Source of the DNA: a virus
IMG/VR virus record: IMGVR_UViG_3300033153_006243
Location: 1 to 64,000 of that record
DNA: 64,000 nt
Direction: 5' to 3' (one strand)
Of this stretch, positions 20,665 through 30,360 are shown piece after piece. Position numbers and translations under genes: made by a program. How positions within the stretch are numbered: position 1 is the first letter of the stretch; each line of letters opens with the position of its first letter. The notes under the pieces were generated by a model. The model saw only the letters and a program-made list of their open reading frames with translations. It was not told the origin of the DNA and searched no databases.

Positions 20665-20907
20665 ATAACAGCCGCATATTCTAAAGAGAAGTATCCTCCT
20701 GTACTGTCTGGGGCTAAAGCCTTTCTTCTTTACGATACTTGCGGGCTGCCAATAGAGTATATCCAGGAAGAGGCGGCAAGGCGGGGTATAAACGTAGACA
20801 TAGTGGAATTTGAACGGCTGCTTGAATTGCAACGGGAGCGTTCTCGTAAAGCAAGCAAATTTGGCGGGGATATCTTTAAGGGGGAGAAGAAGGAGGAGAA
20901 TAAATGA
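20665..20907 (+). CDS. Alanyl-tRNA synthetase helical-domain fragment (ATA start or pseudogene; absent from the ORF track)
   Basis: Translates as ...LSGAKAFLLYDTCGLPIEYIQEEAARRGINVDIVEFERLLELQRERSR; SD AAGGAGG upstream. Confidence 0.7.
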   Translation: MTAAYSKEKYPPVLSGAKAFLLYDTCGLPIEYIQEEAARRGINVDIVEFERLLELQRERSRKASKFGGDIFKGEKKEENK

Positions 20908-21228
20908 AACCGGAGCCACGGGTTGTAAAGAAAATCAAAGTTGATGGTATAGACCTAACAAAGGAACCTTCAGCGGGGTTTAGAGTTCTGTGCCCTGGAT
21001 GCGGGGAGCCCCAAAGCCAACTATGGGAACGCCATACCCCCGGATGCCCGGAGGCTCCGGCGGACTTCGTAGTTAAGTGGGAACAGGCGACCGGGAAGCA
21101 ATGGCCGGAGAGAATGGCTGAGAAGGGAGGGGACCGACGTGAATAATGTGAAACTATTGGCTGTAAAAACCCCCGTAATATATCTAAAAAGGCGGTTTTG
21201 GCTTCTATCATATAGGTAGGAATTCTGC

Positions 21229-21960
21229 AATCTGTAAATGGCCGAGAAACGACTTATAGTTCGCTTTTAGGCCGGAAAGGATTAGTATTCTGGCTTTGCA
21301 CGAAGAGGCATAAATAATTTGGTTTTGGCTGAGAAGACGAGAATGATTTGTTTCTAGCTGGAAAGGTAGGAATAATCTGCTTTTAGGCCGGGAACTAGAA
21401 CCGTTTTGTTTTCAGGGAGGGAAGCAAGAATAATTTGTATTTAGTTAGAAAAACGAAACCGATCTGCTTTTGGGCTAAAAAATAGGAAGGATATACTTTT
21501 TGGTTAGAAACGAGGAATATATTGCTTTCGGGCTCAAAAGCAAAAGTGATCTGCTTTTAGGCCGGGGACTAAGAGTATTCTCCTTTTGGACGGAGGATTA
21601 GAACTGATCTGCTTTTTGTCAAGAAGCCAGAAGCGATCTGTTTTTGAGGCAAAAGGGAAAAGTAAAATGTTTTTGAGGCAAAAGGGAAAAGTAAAATGTT
21701 TTTGAGGCAAAAGGGAAAAGTAAAATGTTTTTGGCCAGAAAAGTAGAATTGATCTGTTTTTAGGTAAAGTGGCAAAAATGATTTATTTTGGGCCGAAAAG
21801 AGGAAACTATTCGTTTTTGGGTAAGAAGGTAAAAATGATCCACTTTTGGGTAGGAAACGGAAAATGATCCGCCTTTTGAGGGAAAGACGAAACCGATCCA
21901 CTTTTGGGCTGGAGAACAAAAGCGATCTATTTTTAAGGAAGAAACCAAAAACGATATATT
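21229..21960. repeat. About 25 degenerate tandem units with a 29-bp period (approximately GATCTGYTTTTRGGYNRRAAARNNRRAAN)
   Basis: Manual phasing; near-exact tandem TGTTTTTGAGGCAAAAGGGAAAAGTAAAA at 21639-21725; non-coding. Confidence 0.85.
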
Positions 21961-22047
21961 CCTTTGTGAGCTATTTCGATAAACCGCTCTAACGGTAGCG
22001 TAAGGGGGGTTTTTGGGATGAAAAGTATCAAGTTTTAGGAGAGGGGC

Positions 22048-24507
22048 ATGATAACGCTCCATCTCGGCGACTGCCTGGAAGTATTAGGGACGCTGGAGGA
22101 GAATAGCGTGGATACGGTGATTACCGATCCCCCGTATGAACTTGGCTTCATGGGGAAGAAATGGGATGGTACGGGAGTCTCCTTCCAGAAAGAGACGTGG
22201 AAGGCGGTGCTTAGGGTAGCGAAACCGGGGGCGACGATGCTGTGCTTTGGGGGAACGAGGACATGGCATCGGCTGGCTTGTGCGGCAGAGGACGCGGGAT
22301 GGCAAATAAGGGATACATGCATGTTTTTGTACGGATCTGGATTTCCAAAATCTTTATCAATATCGAAGCAACTGGATAAGCAGGAGCGGGATAAGTGGTT
22401 GAAAGTAGAGAAGGCAACTTACGATATCAACAAACATACTGTAATGGTAGCATGGAAAGAGAACTCAAGAACTGCGAAGTCTGCGGGGCTACTATTCGCA
22501 AAGAATGGAATCGGAACTGGAATGAATACGCCAAAAAGCGATTTTGTTCTAGGAAATGCAATGCTATCAATCAATCCCAAAAAATCAAGTGTAAATGCGA
22601 TCATTGCGGAACTATCTTTGAACGTTCCCCATCACATCTACGACAAAAGAAATGGGTATTCTGTTCCAGAGAATGTAGACATAAGCACCTATCGGTCGAA
22701 GCCATCTGCGGAATTTGTGGTAAGCAAGCAACCGTGCCTAGAAGTAGGGCCAGCGGAAAGTATTATTGTTCCCGTCAATGTATGGGGTTGGCAAAGCGGA
22801 AATACAATGGGCAATCTCAAGGCCGTCGAAGCCCTGAGGATTTGGCTTGGAAGCAAAAAGTCCTCAAGGACGCAAACTATAAATGTGCTATGTGCGGCAT
22901 TGACCGACGACTTGAAGCACATCATATTAAGTCAATCAAAGACTTTCCAAACCTTCGACACGATCCAACAAATGGAATGTGTGTCTGCCATGAATGTCAT
23001 TATTACGGAATCCACGGCGGAGCACCTAATTTCATTCATGGTCGATATGCTAAGAAGTAAAGCTATTGATAAGGCGAAAGGAGCGAAAAGGAAAGTGGTA
23101 GGTAAATCCCGCTCAATAGATTGTATCGAGCGTGGGTATACCAAAGAGTACAGTACGAAGGCGGAAAATAGTGGTTACGGAACATCTCGCCAATTTGGGC
23201 TTGGCCTCCCCATCACCGCCCCCGCGACCGATCTCGCCAAGCAATGGAATGGATGGGGTAGTTCCCTTAAGCCCGCATGGGAACCTATACTTGTATGCAT
23301 GAAACCATTAGACGGGACATACGCGGAAAATGCAGAAAAGCATGGTGTGGCTGGATTGAATATCGATGGGGGAAGGATAGAGATACAAGGTAATCCATAT
23401 AAGCAGGGGTTTAGAAAGGGAATCTATGTTGATAATTACGAAGCGACCTCTTGGAGGCTACGGAAGAATGGAATCCCGCATACAAAGCTCCCGCACACTC
23501 AAGGCCGCTGGCCCGCGAATCTGATACTCTCCCATTCCCTCGAATGCCGCCAAGTCGGGGAACAATGGGAATGTGCTGAGGGCTGCCCGGTGAGGATGCT
23601 AGACGAGCAGAGCGGGGAGCTGGATGGAAGAGGGAATAAGGGGCCTAGTATATCAAGGGCGGATGTATATGGATTCACTTTTGTTCATAGCTGCGGAGGG
23701 GAATTCTCTCGTGGCGATTCGGGCGGAGCATCTCGATTCTTCTACTGTGCGAAGGCGTCGAGGAAGGAACGGAATATGGGGCTTAACAGCATACATACGA
23801 TAAAGTATAATGTAGGCAAGTCAACTTTAGGGGGCTTGTTATGCAAAGACGTAAGTATGGTACTGGTAGCATTTCTCGAAAAGGCTACATCAGGATCAAT
23901 GGTCAGATGGCTCATCGACGAGTCTGGCGAAAGCATCATGGGCCTGTGCCCGTCGGATTCTTTATCCACCACATTGATGGGGATAAGCAAAATAACCGAA
24001 TCGAAAATCTCAGACTTATTGATGCCCTTACTCACAAAAGACTGCATACCGGATGTGAATTGCGGAACGGGGAATGGTGGAAGCCCTGCCGCAAGTGTGG
24101 AGAGTTCAAGCAAGTCTCAACGGACTATTATAAGCGAAAGCCAAGCGGGATTAGTCCGTGGTGTAAAAGCTGTTGCGTTGCCAATGCTGTCTATAATAAG
24201 CGACGCCGCAAACTGGAAGCCGCTAACCAATACACATAGTACAGTAAAGCCTCTTGCCCTCCTAGATTACCTCTGTAAGCTGACTAAGACGCCTACGGGG
24301 GGAATCGTTCTCGACCCGTTTATGGGTAGCGGGACTACGGGGATAGCGGCGATCAGGATGGGTAGGAAATTCATAGGTATCGAGAAGGATAAGGAGTCGT
24401 TTGAGATAGCGAAGATGAGGATAGAGGCGGCGAAACCGGAGGCGGAGGCGATTAGGTTGGGGATAAAGCCGGAGAATCACCTGCCGGGGATTAAGCCGCT
24501 GTTCTGA
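22048..24507 (+). CDS. DNA N6A/N4C methyltransferase (beta class) with two large insertions
   Basis: TDPPY, YGSGFPKS, LKPAWEPI, GRWPAN, SRFFYCAKAS, H.TVKP, DPFMGSGTT. Confidence 0.9.
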   Translation: MITLHLGDCLEVLGTLEENSVDTVITDPPYELGFMGKKWDGTGVSFQKETWKAVLRVAKPGATMLCFGGTRTWHRLACAAEDAGWQIRDTCMFLYGSGFPKSLSISKQLDKQERDKWLKVEKATYDINKHTVMVAWKENSRTAKSAGLLFAKNGIGTGMNTPKSDFVLGNAMLSINPKKSSVNAIIAELSLNVPHHIYDKRNGYSVPENVDISTYRSKPSAEFVVSKQPCLEVGPAESIIVPVNVWGWQSGNTMGNLKAVEALRIWLGSKKSSRTQTINVLCAALTDDLKHIILSQSKTFQTFDTIQQMECVSAMNVIITESTAEHLISFMVDMLRSKAIDKAKGAKRKVVGKSRSIDCIERGYTKEYSTKAENSGYGTSRQFGLGLPITAPATDLAKQWNGWGSSLKPAWEPILVCMKPLDGTYAENAEKHGVAGLNIDGGRIEIQGNPYKQGFRKGIYVDNYEATSWRLRKNGIPHTKLPHTQGRWPANLILSHSLECRQVGEQWECAEGCPVRMLDEQSGELDGRGNKGPSISRADVYGFTFVHSCGGEFSRGDSGGASRFFYCAKASRKERNMGLNSIHTIKYNVGKSTLGGLLCKDVSMVLVAFLEKATSGSMVRWLIDESGESIMGLCPSDSLSTTLMGISKITESKISDLLMPLLTKDCIPDVNCGTGNGGSPAASVESSSKSQRTIISESQAGLVRGVKAVALPMLSIISDAANWKPLTNTHSTVKPLALLDYLCKLTKTPTGGIVLDPFMGSGTTGIAAIRMGRKFIGIEKDKESFEIAKMRIEAAKPEAEAIRLGIKPENHLPGIKPLF
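22395..23060 (+). CDS. HNH endonuclease nested in the -1 frame of the methyltransferase (insert 1)
   Basis: SD AGGAG before GTG; CxxC and FCSRxC repeats; CAMC...LEAHHIKS...NGMCVCHECH. Confidence 0.85.
   Translation: MVESREGNLRYQQTYCNGSMERELKNCEVCGATIRKEWNRNWNEYAKKRFCSRKCNAINQSQKIKCKCDHCGTIFERSPSHLRQKKWVFCSRECRHKHLSVEAICGICGKQATVPRSRASGKYYCSRQCMGLAKRKYNGQSQGRRSPEDLAWKQKVLKDANYKCAMCGIDRRLEAHHIKSIKDFPNLRHDPTNGMCVCHECHYYGIHGGAPNFIHGRYAKK
23783..23811 (+). promoter_or_regulatory. sigma70 promoter inside the methyltransferase CDS, upstream of nested HNH 2
   Basis: TTAACA-17 bp-TATAAT, 30 nt before ATG 23841; SD AGGGGG. Confidence 0.7.
23841..24239 (+). CDS. HNH endonuclease nested in the -1 frame of the methyltransferase (insert 2)
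   Basis: GYIRI, AHRRVW, IHHIDGDKQNNRIENL, C-terminal CRKC...CKSC. Confidence 0.88.
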   Translation: MQRRKYGTGSISRKGYIRINGQMAHRRVWRKHHGPVPVGFFIHHIDGDKQNNRIENLRLIDALTHKRLHTGCELRNGEWWKPCRKCGEFKQVSTDYYKRKPSGISPWCKSCCVANAVYNKRRRKLEAANQYT

Positions 24508-24832
24508 GGAAAACGAAGGATGATTAAGGAATTCGAGGACGGAAGGGTGCAGATAGAGTTAGATACCGATAGGGATCCCTTCGGGTGGATATCGTGGAAG
24601 GGCACTGATGTATGTATGACTATCAAGTGTACTAAGTGCGGGTTCACGGGGCATGTGGATGCAGAGGGGGCCTATTTCGTCCGTTGCGCCGTATGTGGCC
24701 AGATGTATAGGGTACTTGGCTTCGTTATCCTTCAGGCCGTAGATACCCTACCGGAATGGATGGGGGAGGATGGGGAACGGATAGCGGATTCTGGTATCGA
24801 AAAGGAGGAAATAGAGGAAGCAAAGCAAGACT

Positions 24833-25189
24833 ATGAGAGGTGAGGTGATGAGGAGAAGGTTTGCACTATATGTTATTATGGTACTCTTACTGGCATTGGG
24901 GGCGTGTGCAGAGAAGCGGGAAGAGAAAATTGACGGAATATATAAGGGTTCAGTCTTTGTCGCCGGATATATGATGAACTACTTGAGTTCACAACCCGCA
25001 CGATGCCATGTACTGGTTTTAATCGACGGTATAGAGAAAGTCTATACGTTTTCCTACCAGTCGGCAGAGGTAGCATGGTTGAAGCTTAAGAACTGCCCCA
25101 ATGGGACGCCTGTAACCGTGATCATGGTAGGCGATAAATTTCGCGGACTAGAATGGAGTAGAGGTGATTATTACGACGGTAAACGGTAA
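24833..25189 (+). CDS. Putative lipoprotein
   Basis: Lipobox LGAC after a hydrophobic stretch. Confidence 0.5.
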   Translation: MRGEVMRRRFALYVIMVLLLALGACAEKREEKIDGIYKGSVFVAGYMMNYLSSQPARCHVLVLIDGIEKVYTFSYQSAEVAWLKLKNCPNGTPVTVIMVGDKFRGLEWSRGDYYDGKR

Positions 25190-26430
25190 GTTTCGCATTA
25201 GGAATAGAGGAAGGAAGAAGGATGAAGGAAATAGGTAGGATAGAGATCTGTAGTATATCTAAGGGGGATGTAAGTAGGAAGTGTGAATGGATGGATAGGG
25301 GGGACTATAACAAACAAGATTATGTTAGATGTCTCAATCCCGCCGTCCGTGAGATTAGTACGGTACATATAAGCGATAGCGAGCAGGGAAAGGAACGTCC
25401 GGGCGGCGTATTTCGTATCGCCGTCTGCATGGAACATACGGAAGATGCGGTTATTGGCGGGCTTAACGCCCTACGTGGATGTTATCTACTACTGTCGGAT
25501 GAGAAGGAGGAAGAGAAATGAACGGGATGGATAGGAGTATGATAATGGAGACGTATAAGTTTGGTAGGACCCCTATCGAGATATGGAGGCATTGTGATAC
25601 GGGGGAGGAGATCCGGCTAGAGCCAAAGAGGGATAAGATTGACTACTGGGGGATGAGTTTCGCCGCGGAGGTGAAGTATTGGGAGGCGAAGGAGGAGGAG
25701 TATAGCCTAATCGGGCTAGGGACGAGCCAAAGACTGGCTATCGAGGACCTACGGAGAAAGATAGAGAAGGAGAACGCCGCTTAGGAACGTAGAGAGAGGA
25801 GGACGGGGGAATGAAGACAAACATCCTATGCAAGGAGATTAGGCAGGTGGCCACGGGATTCATCGTAGAGGCGCAATGGCCTACTGGAGGGGAGCCGGGC
25901 GGATACGGAGAGGTGATCTGTAAGGATATGGAGGAGGTTATCCGCGTACTGAAGGACTGCCAATGTGTAGATGTAGATGAGGAAATCGTGAACGAAGAAC
26001 CTGAAGAACGAACAACTAGCGAACTCCTACGTAAATTGGAAACCACGATGTTATTGTGGAGGGGGCCGTATGATCATAGGGATTTCGAGGAAGTGATACG
26101 TAGGATTGTAGCGCTCTTGCGGCGGCTATATGATAAGAGATGCTGTGTAAAGGCTGCGGAACGGAGATGAAGGAGAGGGAACCGAACATTGGGGCGGGAA
26201 TCCTAGGGAGCCTATTGGAGATATTCGATTGTCCCAAATGCAGTATGGGATACGCCGGTGGTGCGTGGTGCTATAGCGATAAGAGGGAAGAGGAGATAAG
26301 AAGGGAACTGGAACGGAACAATGAGGATACAAAAGAATGAATACGCTACCTAACATTCCCAAGCTACCCCACATTACACTATAGTGCAATACATAGTAGC
26401 TCTATAGCATAGAATACGAAAAGGAATATC

Positions 26431-27219
26431 ATGGCAAAGAAGAAGAAACCAAATAGAACACCAAAACCGTCCCCGTCAAAGGCACTGGCGAAAGGAGGAA
26501 AGACAGGGAAAGGAACATGGAAGAAATTGGATAAGGAAAGCGGGGAAAGAGGTATAGAGTTCCCTACGGCTAATAGGGCGGAAACCCCTAGTATACTTGG
26601 GTTTGAGGTGCCAAGGGAAAGGGCGCAGAGCTATTCAAGACAGAAAGGGGATATGGTAGAGGAGATGCTTAGGAAAGGAGCACCGGATATAGTAGCAGCA
26701 GCTTCGGTAGGATGGACTATGGATACTGTATTCGCACATATGAAGGCCCGCCCTGACTTCCGCCTGCGTCTCAAGAAAGCCGTGATCGACTCAATCATGG
26801 AGATGGTAGGGAATATCAGGCGCGCAGCGGGGGAAACGAGGGCATGGACTGCCGGGGGCTGGTGGTTGGAGCGGTCTCTCCCGGAACTGTTCTCTCTACG
26901 CCGTGAGGCGCATGTGAAACATGAGCACGTGGTCAAGGTAGTCTCCAATCTCCCTAGACCCTCCAGGGCGCAGCAGGATGCCCTACAGGCGAAGATAGTG
27001 GATGCGGAGTACGAAGTTAAGGATAAGGGCCGTATAGAGGATTCTAGGCTCCCTACGGAGGATACCGGCGAGAACCTCGATGCATTAGTGTACAAAAATG
27101 TACATAAAGAGGGAGAGACATCTGACGATACAACGCCCGACGCGACAATGTCCAAAAATGTACATAGGGGGAAGGCCAAGGTAAGGGAGGGGGTAGGGCC
27201 TGCGGATGATTGGCCATGA
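26431..27219 (+). CDS. Putative terminase small subunit
   Basis: HTH-like region and AWTAGGWWLER motif typical of TerS-like proteins. Confidence 0.6.
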   Translation: MAKKKKPNRTPKPSPSKALAKGGKTGKGTWKKLDKESGERGIEFPTANRAETPSILGFEVPRERAQSYSRQKGDMVEEMLRKGAPDIVAAASVGWTMDTVFAHMKARPDFRLRLKKAVIDSIMEMVGNIRRAAGETRAWTAGGWWLERSLPELFSLRREAHVKHEHVVKVVSNLPRPSRAQQDALQAKIVDAEYEVKDKGRIEDSRLPTEDTGENLDALVYKNVHKEGETSDDTTPDATMSKNVHRGKAKVREGVGPADDWP

Positions 27220-30123
27220 GGGGGGAATAGAGGCGATGAAGCGAGGGAGCCTATCCATCTGTCCCCGATGCGGTACTAGAATGAATCGGAAGTCCCGTTT
27301 TATTCCCCTAATGGCGGGGGAGGGGAGGCTGGAACTAGGGATACAGGTGTATATTACTGCACGGAACAGCATAGAGAGAGGATGGAATGGGCGTTAAGGG
27401 AGGAAATGAGAGGACGAATATAGGGATGATCCGGGGGGTGTACCAGGACTCCTTGGGAATCCTTTTCCCCCCAGTCCCAAACTCCACTAAGGTATTGATA
27501 CATAAGGACTTATAATTTTAGTAAAAGGTTAGTAAATGACTACTATATTGCTTAGTACGGAGAGGTTCATTCGGGGGATAAAAAGGGTAGAGAGGACGAT
27601 AGAGAAACAGAGGCGGCTGGGAAGGATGGATATGGGCCATAGGAAGCATAGGAGACATGGAATAGGGACGACGAGGGGAACCGAAGGGATGTATAAGACC
27701 GATAGACCCCCCCTCCCTTTGGGGAAAAAACAAAATAGGGAGTATATGGGGCTAGGGTACGCCAGTAACAAATCCTGGCCGATTCTAGACGTTTTTAGTA
27801 TCACTATTGAACCTAAGTAAGGAGGGGGGTTATGGACAAAGACTATCGTACCCCCGGCTGGCCCGATATCGTTATCGAGGCCGGTAAGATAACGCAGGTA
27901 GTTAGGGGGGGCTATGTTCATCAAACGTTCCATGATTGTACGATTCGCATAAGAGGAACTTGGCTTCGGAGCATGAAACAAGAGGTAGCTAGAGGTAGAG
28001 GGTAGAAATAGCGGATAGTTCAAAATTGGACATGGGGGATAGATGGAATGGTAAAGTTCATTTTTAGTCCGGGGGCTGACGACTACGGGAACATTCAAGC
28101 GTTAGAGGGCTGGCTTCAGAACGCAGGGATCGTCTTCGGGAAGGAGTCCGTGTATTTCTACGGCGAGGGGGCTAGGGTAACGCTGACAGTGGATTCCACC
28201 GGGGCACAGGAATCGACAGCGGTAGATATCGCAAAGCGGCTGAATGTATCCGATTGCCGTACAGAGAAGGATTAGTATTCTTAGTTTAGTTACGGATGAA
28301 TCCTTATGCGCATATATAGGAATACGGATACCCGGAAATCGAGGAGAAAGAGGTCCCGTGGGCGGGGGTTCCATCCATCTAGGTGCGCAAGGCCGAAGAG
28401 GCGCGGGAGTAGGGGGGTGAAGAGATGACGGCGCGGGGGCATGTTCGGGGCTGGCCGTGCGAATACAGGGGGGATAGGTGGGTATATACGGATAATGGGC
28501 AGCCGATTGATGGGCGTCGAGCATGTTCCCGGTGTGGTAGGAGGCCGACTGAGGAGGGGTATGATGCCTGTTTAGGGTTCATTCCGAGAGCTGTATCGGC
28601 CTGTTGCGGACATGGCGTCGAGAAGGGGTATACGATTAAGAAGGAGGCGAAAAGATGACAGGTGAATCCGCCGAAATCCATGCGCTTACTGAGGAGGTCC
28701 ATGGGGCAAAAGGTGCGGAGTTTACATCTAGGGGGAGGCCGACCGCGGAAGCGTCTGCGGAACTATTCGCCGCGATGGAGAGGGAAGGCCGGGAGCAAAG
28801 GGTGGAGACAGAGAAATGGAATCCCGGATTGGGGGCCGAAGCGGAGGAAGAGATATTTAGGGAGGATGCGATTCGGAGGGTGGAAGCGGGGAAGGCGGAA
28901 CGGCGGACGAAAAGGAGACAGAGGGAAATTGGCCGGAAACTCAAGGGCATAGCGAACGAGTTTGCAGAAGCAATTAACAGGGAGCGGAAACTTGGCTACC
29001 CTGTAGTCTATACATTCAAGGGAAGGCTACTTGCGGATGCCAAGAGGGAGTGTAAGGAGCTTCTGGAGGAGCAAAGGGAGATAGAGGGTGCTAGCAGACT
29101 TTATTGAGGAGGAATACATTATTTATGATGAGACTAAGACATTTGCAGGGGCCTATAGGCGATTAGGGGACGCTCTTCGGGAGTTCGGGGGGCTAATTTA
29201 TCGGCATAACCTAAAGTGGCTAGAGCGTCCGGTTGCTTGGCTGAACCGGAAACTCGAAAGGATCATGAGATGAAGAATCTTTGGTTCCCTATACTGAACG
29301 TCGTAGGTGGCTTAGTAATGGTAGCGGCCATTATCCTTCCGCTCGTTAACGCTATGATTAACGGCGGAGCCTTGAACTGGTGGGTATTCGCTTGCGTAGC
29401 GGCGGGGATGGGGATGAACACATTTCTTTGGGTGACGATAATGATAGCGATTTTTATGATGGCGATTAAGCATTAGTAGGAGAAGAACGGATGGAACACA
29501 GGGAGTTCTTCGACCCGATCATCGATTGGATTCTTAGGACAATGGAGTTAGCCGATCCAGCGATGGATAGGATAGCTAAAATGGCGGACAAGGTTTTCGG
29601 TGGGGTGCTCTTTACGGTTCTGATTGCGTCTATATTCGTGATCTACTTTTGTATAGTAGTTCCGATACATCTATTTATTGGCGTCCTTATTAGGTTTGGG
29701 GGGTTAAGGCGGCGGAAATGATCTGGCCAGAGGATAGAGAAGAAACTAGGAAATATATTAACTCCCTGCGGATTGAAAATGAGCGGTTAAGACTAAGGCT
29801 TGAATCTCTTACCAAGTGGGCATACAAAAAGGCTCGACCGGGTCTGTGGCTATCGTTTGCGCTAGGAAGGTTTATCGGAAGAAGGGAGAGGCGAAGAGGT
29901 GGATGAGAAGCATTATTGGTATTTCGTAGTAGATAGGGGAGAAGGATAATGGATGGAGTGACTGAACAGGATCTGATGATCTCGGTGAGCTTCCTTATGG
30001 GAATGGTATTCTCCGGCATTTTCCATTGGCTTATCTTTGGGATCGCTCTTTGGGGGGTTACGAGATTTTTCAGAGGCAGGATTAACGACATGAAAAGACA
30101 GCTTACGGTGAGAGGAAGTATAG

Positions 30124-30360
30124 ATGCTCAAGAAGAAGATATTCACGGAGGACGGGGAGTTTGAGATTGAGCTGGAGACGGAATTGATAGAGGCCCATGC
30201 AGGAATGGACGAGCGGCTAGTCTGGTGCTCCTTTTGCCCGGAACTGGGGGCGGCATCCTGCGGGGATACAAAAGGGGAGGCGATTAGGAATATCAAGGAG
30301 GCGATAGAGACCCAGTTAGACGCGATGCGGGAGCTTGGAAAGAGGATGGAGGAAGAATGA
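30124..30360 (+). CDS. HicB-like antitoxin domain protein
   Basis: CPELGAASCGDTKGEAIRNIKEAI. Confidence 0.7.
   Translation: MLKKKIFTEDGEFEIELETELIEAHAGMDERLVWCSFCPELGAASCGDTKGEAIRNIKEAIETQLDAMRELGKRMEEE

Noticed and set aside
21229-21960. 29-bp array as a CRISPR array, or ORFs 21569-21919 and 21760-22062 as genes
   Set aside because: No constant repeat with unique spacers; the period is not a multiple of 3 and the translations are low-complexity.
21995-22008. TAGCGTAAGGGGG resembles part of the shared omegaRNA guide (TAGCGCAAGGGGG), suggesting a self-target at the array end
   Set aside because: Only 12 of 13 nt match, the likely seed-proximal bases mismatch, and such a match is plausible by chance in G-rich sequence.
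22380-24230. MTase inserts as inteins or group I introns
   Set aside because: No intein terminal residues in the MTase frame and no space outside the HNH ORFs for a ribozyme core.
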